A stretch of 26,658 nucleotides of DNA from positions 1-26,658 of IMG/VR virus record IMGVR_UViG_3300030523_000132; one strand, written 5' to 3'. The notes below the pieces were generated by a model. It made no database searches. It was not told where the DNA came from and saw nothing but the letters and a program-made list of their open reading frames with translations. Shown piece after piece: positions 25,790 through 26,658 of the stretch; the first letter of the stretch is position 1; the number at the start of each line of letters is the position of its first letter. The DNA is from a virus. Its lineage: Duplodnaviria; Caudoviricetes. The translations under genes were made by a program, and so were the position numbers.

Positions 25790-26535
25790 GGGGACGAAGA
25801 GCGATCGCGCTGCTGCTGTTGTTGCTGCTCGTCCATCAACGCGTCCATGGCGTTCATGGGGACGTACCAGGCCTTCTCGGTGTGCAGCGCCTCGCGCTGC
25901 TCGTCGGTGAGATCAACGCGCGCCCCGATCTCCTCGGTGCGACGGCGGGCGGTGGCGTACACCGACCGCAACGCGCCGAACAGGCGGTCGCGCGCCGCGG
26001 CGTCGGGAAGGCACGGCGCGTCGTGGCGCTCCATGGTGTACCGAGCGAGCGCCCAGAACGCATCGTCAAGCCTCGCCGTTCCTTCATCGTCCCAGTGGGC
26101 CAGGACGAAGCCGGGGAGCCCGCGCCGTTCCGCCGCGTGGACGGTGGATGCGACGTGGGCACGGACCGTGGCCACGCTCGTCCGGGGCTGCCAGGCGTGC
26201 GTCCCGGCGCACGCCCACACCTCGTGGCCCGCGCTCGCGGCCACGTCCAGCCCCGGGTAGTCGAGCATCGCGCGGTAGTCGCTGGGCCAATGCACCAGCA
26301 CCACGTCGCGGGGGACAGTGGCGAGCAACGTGGGCCAGTGCAGCGCCACGTCGTCCCACATCGCCATGCGACGTCCGTGCGCCCCGAGAATCCGGTGGAC
26401 CGCGAGGACGTGCGCCGCGTAGAGATCGACGCCCGCGTGGTGGGGGAGCGCCTCGCCGGAGACGTACCCGGACGCGACCGCGTGGCTCCGGGCATCGGTG
26501 CCGAGGAGGTCGAACGGCTCGTCGAGGCCCGCGTG
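25783..26535 (-). pseudogene. 5'-truncated GH20 (beta-N-acetylhexosaminidase-like) gene
   Basis: Frame stays open upstream of ATG 26367 and reads HAGLDEPFDL (HxGxDE catalytic motif)...HGRRMAMWDD...VVLVHW...VWACAGTHAW...LAHWDD. An in-frame TAA lies three codons before the His. Confidence 0.75.
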
Positions 26536-26658
26536 TGTAGATTACAGGTAGAAAGTCAGCACGATTCTAGGGTAAAATGCGGCGCCATGCGGGGTCCTTC
26601 GCGAGACGTAGCGCGCGCTGTTCCACGGCGACACGGGGACGGCCGCGAGAACTGCGAG
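26536..26658. mobile_element. Probable end of an inserted element (terminal repeat or recombination site)
   Basis: Abrupt AT-rich TGTAGATTACAGGTAGAAAGTCAGCA exactly where GH20 similarity stops. No transposase or recombinase is visible in the window. Confidence 0.5.

Noticed and set aside
25809-25827. Poly-Gln run at the end of the GH20-like frame
   Set aside because: Six codons of mixed CAG/CAA in a low-complexity tail, with no sign of function.

Overview
High-GC window holding a nearly complete virion-morphogenesis operon of a tailed, siphovirus-type phage or prophage, all on the minus strand. Read right to left: a probable mobile-element end that truncates a GH20 hexosaminidase-like gene, a hypothetical gene, TerS, TerL (one frameshift), HK97-type portal with a C-terminal DUF3140-like domain, a possible decoration/fibre gene, HK97 prohead protease with two His/Cys repeats, major capsid, head-tail genes, major tail protein, tail chaperone pair, tape measure, distal tail, a tail protein with two malectin-like domains, a second tail protein, then a PLD/Nuc-family enzyme, a membrane coiled-coil protein and a metallophosphoesterase where lysis genes usually sit. 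The most notable signal is a G-x-K motif concentrated in the parts of capsid, portal and protease that are probably removed. This suggests a readable proteolytic map that could release passenger domains inside the head. No integrase, endolysin, tRNA or CRISPR array was seen. All family calls come from motif recognition by eye, not from database searches.
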